A stretch of 64,000 nt of DNA from an uncultured Desulfobacteraceae bacterium (GTDB lineage Bacteria; Desulfobacterota; DSM-4660; Desulfatiglandales; B25-G16): the NCBI GenBank assembly GCA_964655655.1, contig CAZZPR010000002.1, positions 3,927 through 67,926 on the forward strand, written 5' to 3'. A model generated the notes under the pieces. That model was given only the letters and a program-made list of their open reading frames with translations. It searched no databases and was not told where the DNA came from. The position numbers were made by a program, and so were the translations under genes. Positions within the stretch are counted from its first letter, which is position 1. Each line of letters opens with the position of its first letter. Positions 63,120 through 64,000 of this stretch are shown in pieces.

Positions 63120-63770
63120 ATGTCATCCATTGAGATAGAAGCAAAAACAAAAAAAGAGGCCGTTATAAAGGCCTGTAACCATTTTCAACTGAGCGAAGAG
63201 GATTTGAATATTGAGGTCCTGGAAGACAGGTCTACAGGTATATTTGGTATAGTGGGAAACAGAAGGGTAAAGATAAAGGCGAGCCCAGTAGATGATGGTC
63301 CAGTAGCTATTGCCAGGCAAACACTGGAAAAAATAACATCCTTGATATCCGGGGATACCAAAGTAAGCGCAAAAAAGAAGGGAGACAACATTTGGCTGAA
63401 TATCCAGGGAAACAACCCCAGAATACTTATTGGCCATAAAGGGAAAATGCTGGAAGCCCTTCAAATCATTGTAAACAAGGCTGTGAACAAGTCATCGGAT
63501 AAAAGCATAAGGGTGGTAGTTGACGCGGAAAATTACAGGCAAAAGAGAGAAGAATCATTAAAAAGACTTGCTTTAAGGTTGAGTGAAAAGGCAAAAAAAA
63601 CCAAAAGAAAGGTATCCACAAATCCTATAAATCCCCATGAAAGAAGGGTGATCCATCTTGCACTCAGGGACGATCGCCAAATACAGACAAAAAGCCAAGG
63701 TAGCGGAATTTACAAAAAGGTGCTTGTCATGCCCAGCCAAAATTCGGAAAAAGAGCCCGTGGATGAGTGA
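63120..63770 (+). CDS. jag: Jag/EloR RNA-binding protein (Jag_N, KH, R3H)
   Basis: GIFG, LIGHKG, ERRVIH. Confidence 0.94.
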   Translation: MSSIEIEAKTKKEAVIKACNHFQLSEEDLNIEVLEDRSTGIFGIVGNRRVKIKASPVDDGPVAIARQTLEKITSLISGDTKVSAKKKGDNIWLNIQGNNPRILIGHKGKMLEALQIIVNKAVNKSSDKSIRVVVDAENYRQKREESLKRLALRLSEKAKKTKRKVSTNPINPHERRVIHLALRDDRQIQTKSQGSGIYKKVLVMPSQNSEKEPVDE

Positions 63771-63819
63771 TCTCACATTGCGGCATTCCCCTAAAACCTT
63801 ATTTGCCGGGATTAATTTA

Positions 63820-63861
63820 AACCCAGATTGTGCAGTAGTTGGCTACTGCACAATCTGGGTT
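63820..63861. repeat. Perfect palindromic mini-copy of MITE family A
   Basis: AACCCAGATTGTGCAGTAG-TTGG-CTACTGCACAATCTGGGTT, 19-bp perfect stem. Confidence 0.88.
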
Positions 63862-63904
63862 AAAGGGTGAAGGGGTGCATCTCCCCTTTTTCTGATCGTT
63901 TACT

Positions 63905-64000
63905 ATGGAATACAAAACAGAAACCATTGCAGCTATTTCAACCCCCATAGGTACGGGCGGAATAGGGATAATAAGGATAAGCGGGGAAAGTGCCGGATAT
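63905..64000 (+). CDS. mnmE: tRNA modification GTPase MnmE (5' fragment)
   Basis: [27 protein letters not shown]; follows yidC-jag. Confidence 0.95.
   Translation, partial: MEYKTETIAAISTPIGTGGIGIIRISGESAGY

Overview
A 64-kb chromosomal segment whose gene content and synteny suggest an anaerobic deltaproteobacterium (Desulfobacterota-like; this is inferred, not database-checked). Most of it is housekeeping: his/pur genes, grpE-dnaK, amiC-lapB-lapA, era-nfi-UvrD, ftsEX-envC-ctpA, zapB-zapA-(6S)-rny, an F1Fo ATP synthase operon, mreBCD-mrdA-rodA-bactofilin and rpmH-rnpA-yidD-yidC-jag-mnmE. The standout is the ATP synthase operon. It is circularly permuted (H-A-G-D-C-Z-I-B-E4-E-F'-F) and encodes a normal c subunit with a Na+ signature plus a 324-aa four-hairpin fused c subunit in which only one of four ion-binding glutamates survives, suggesting a hybrid rotor with a lowered ion/ATP ratio. 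Other notable items are a c-di-GMP-I riboswitch in front of a pseudo-receiver gene, a candidate sigma54-driven ~68-nt sRNA, a Fur-box-led accessory redox/metal/corrinoid-activation operon (about 24.8-33.2 kb), a zapA that appears to start at ATA, and several small MITE/PATE-like repeats. No tRNA, rRNA, CRISPR array or intact transposase was seen. All product calls come from motif recognition by eye, without database searches.
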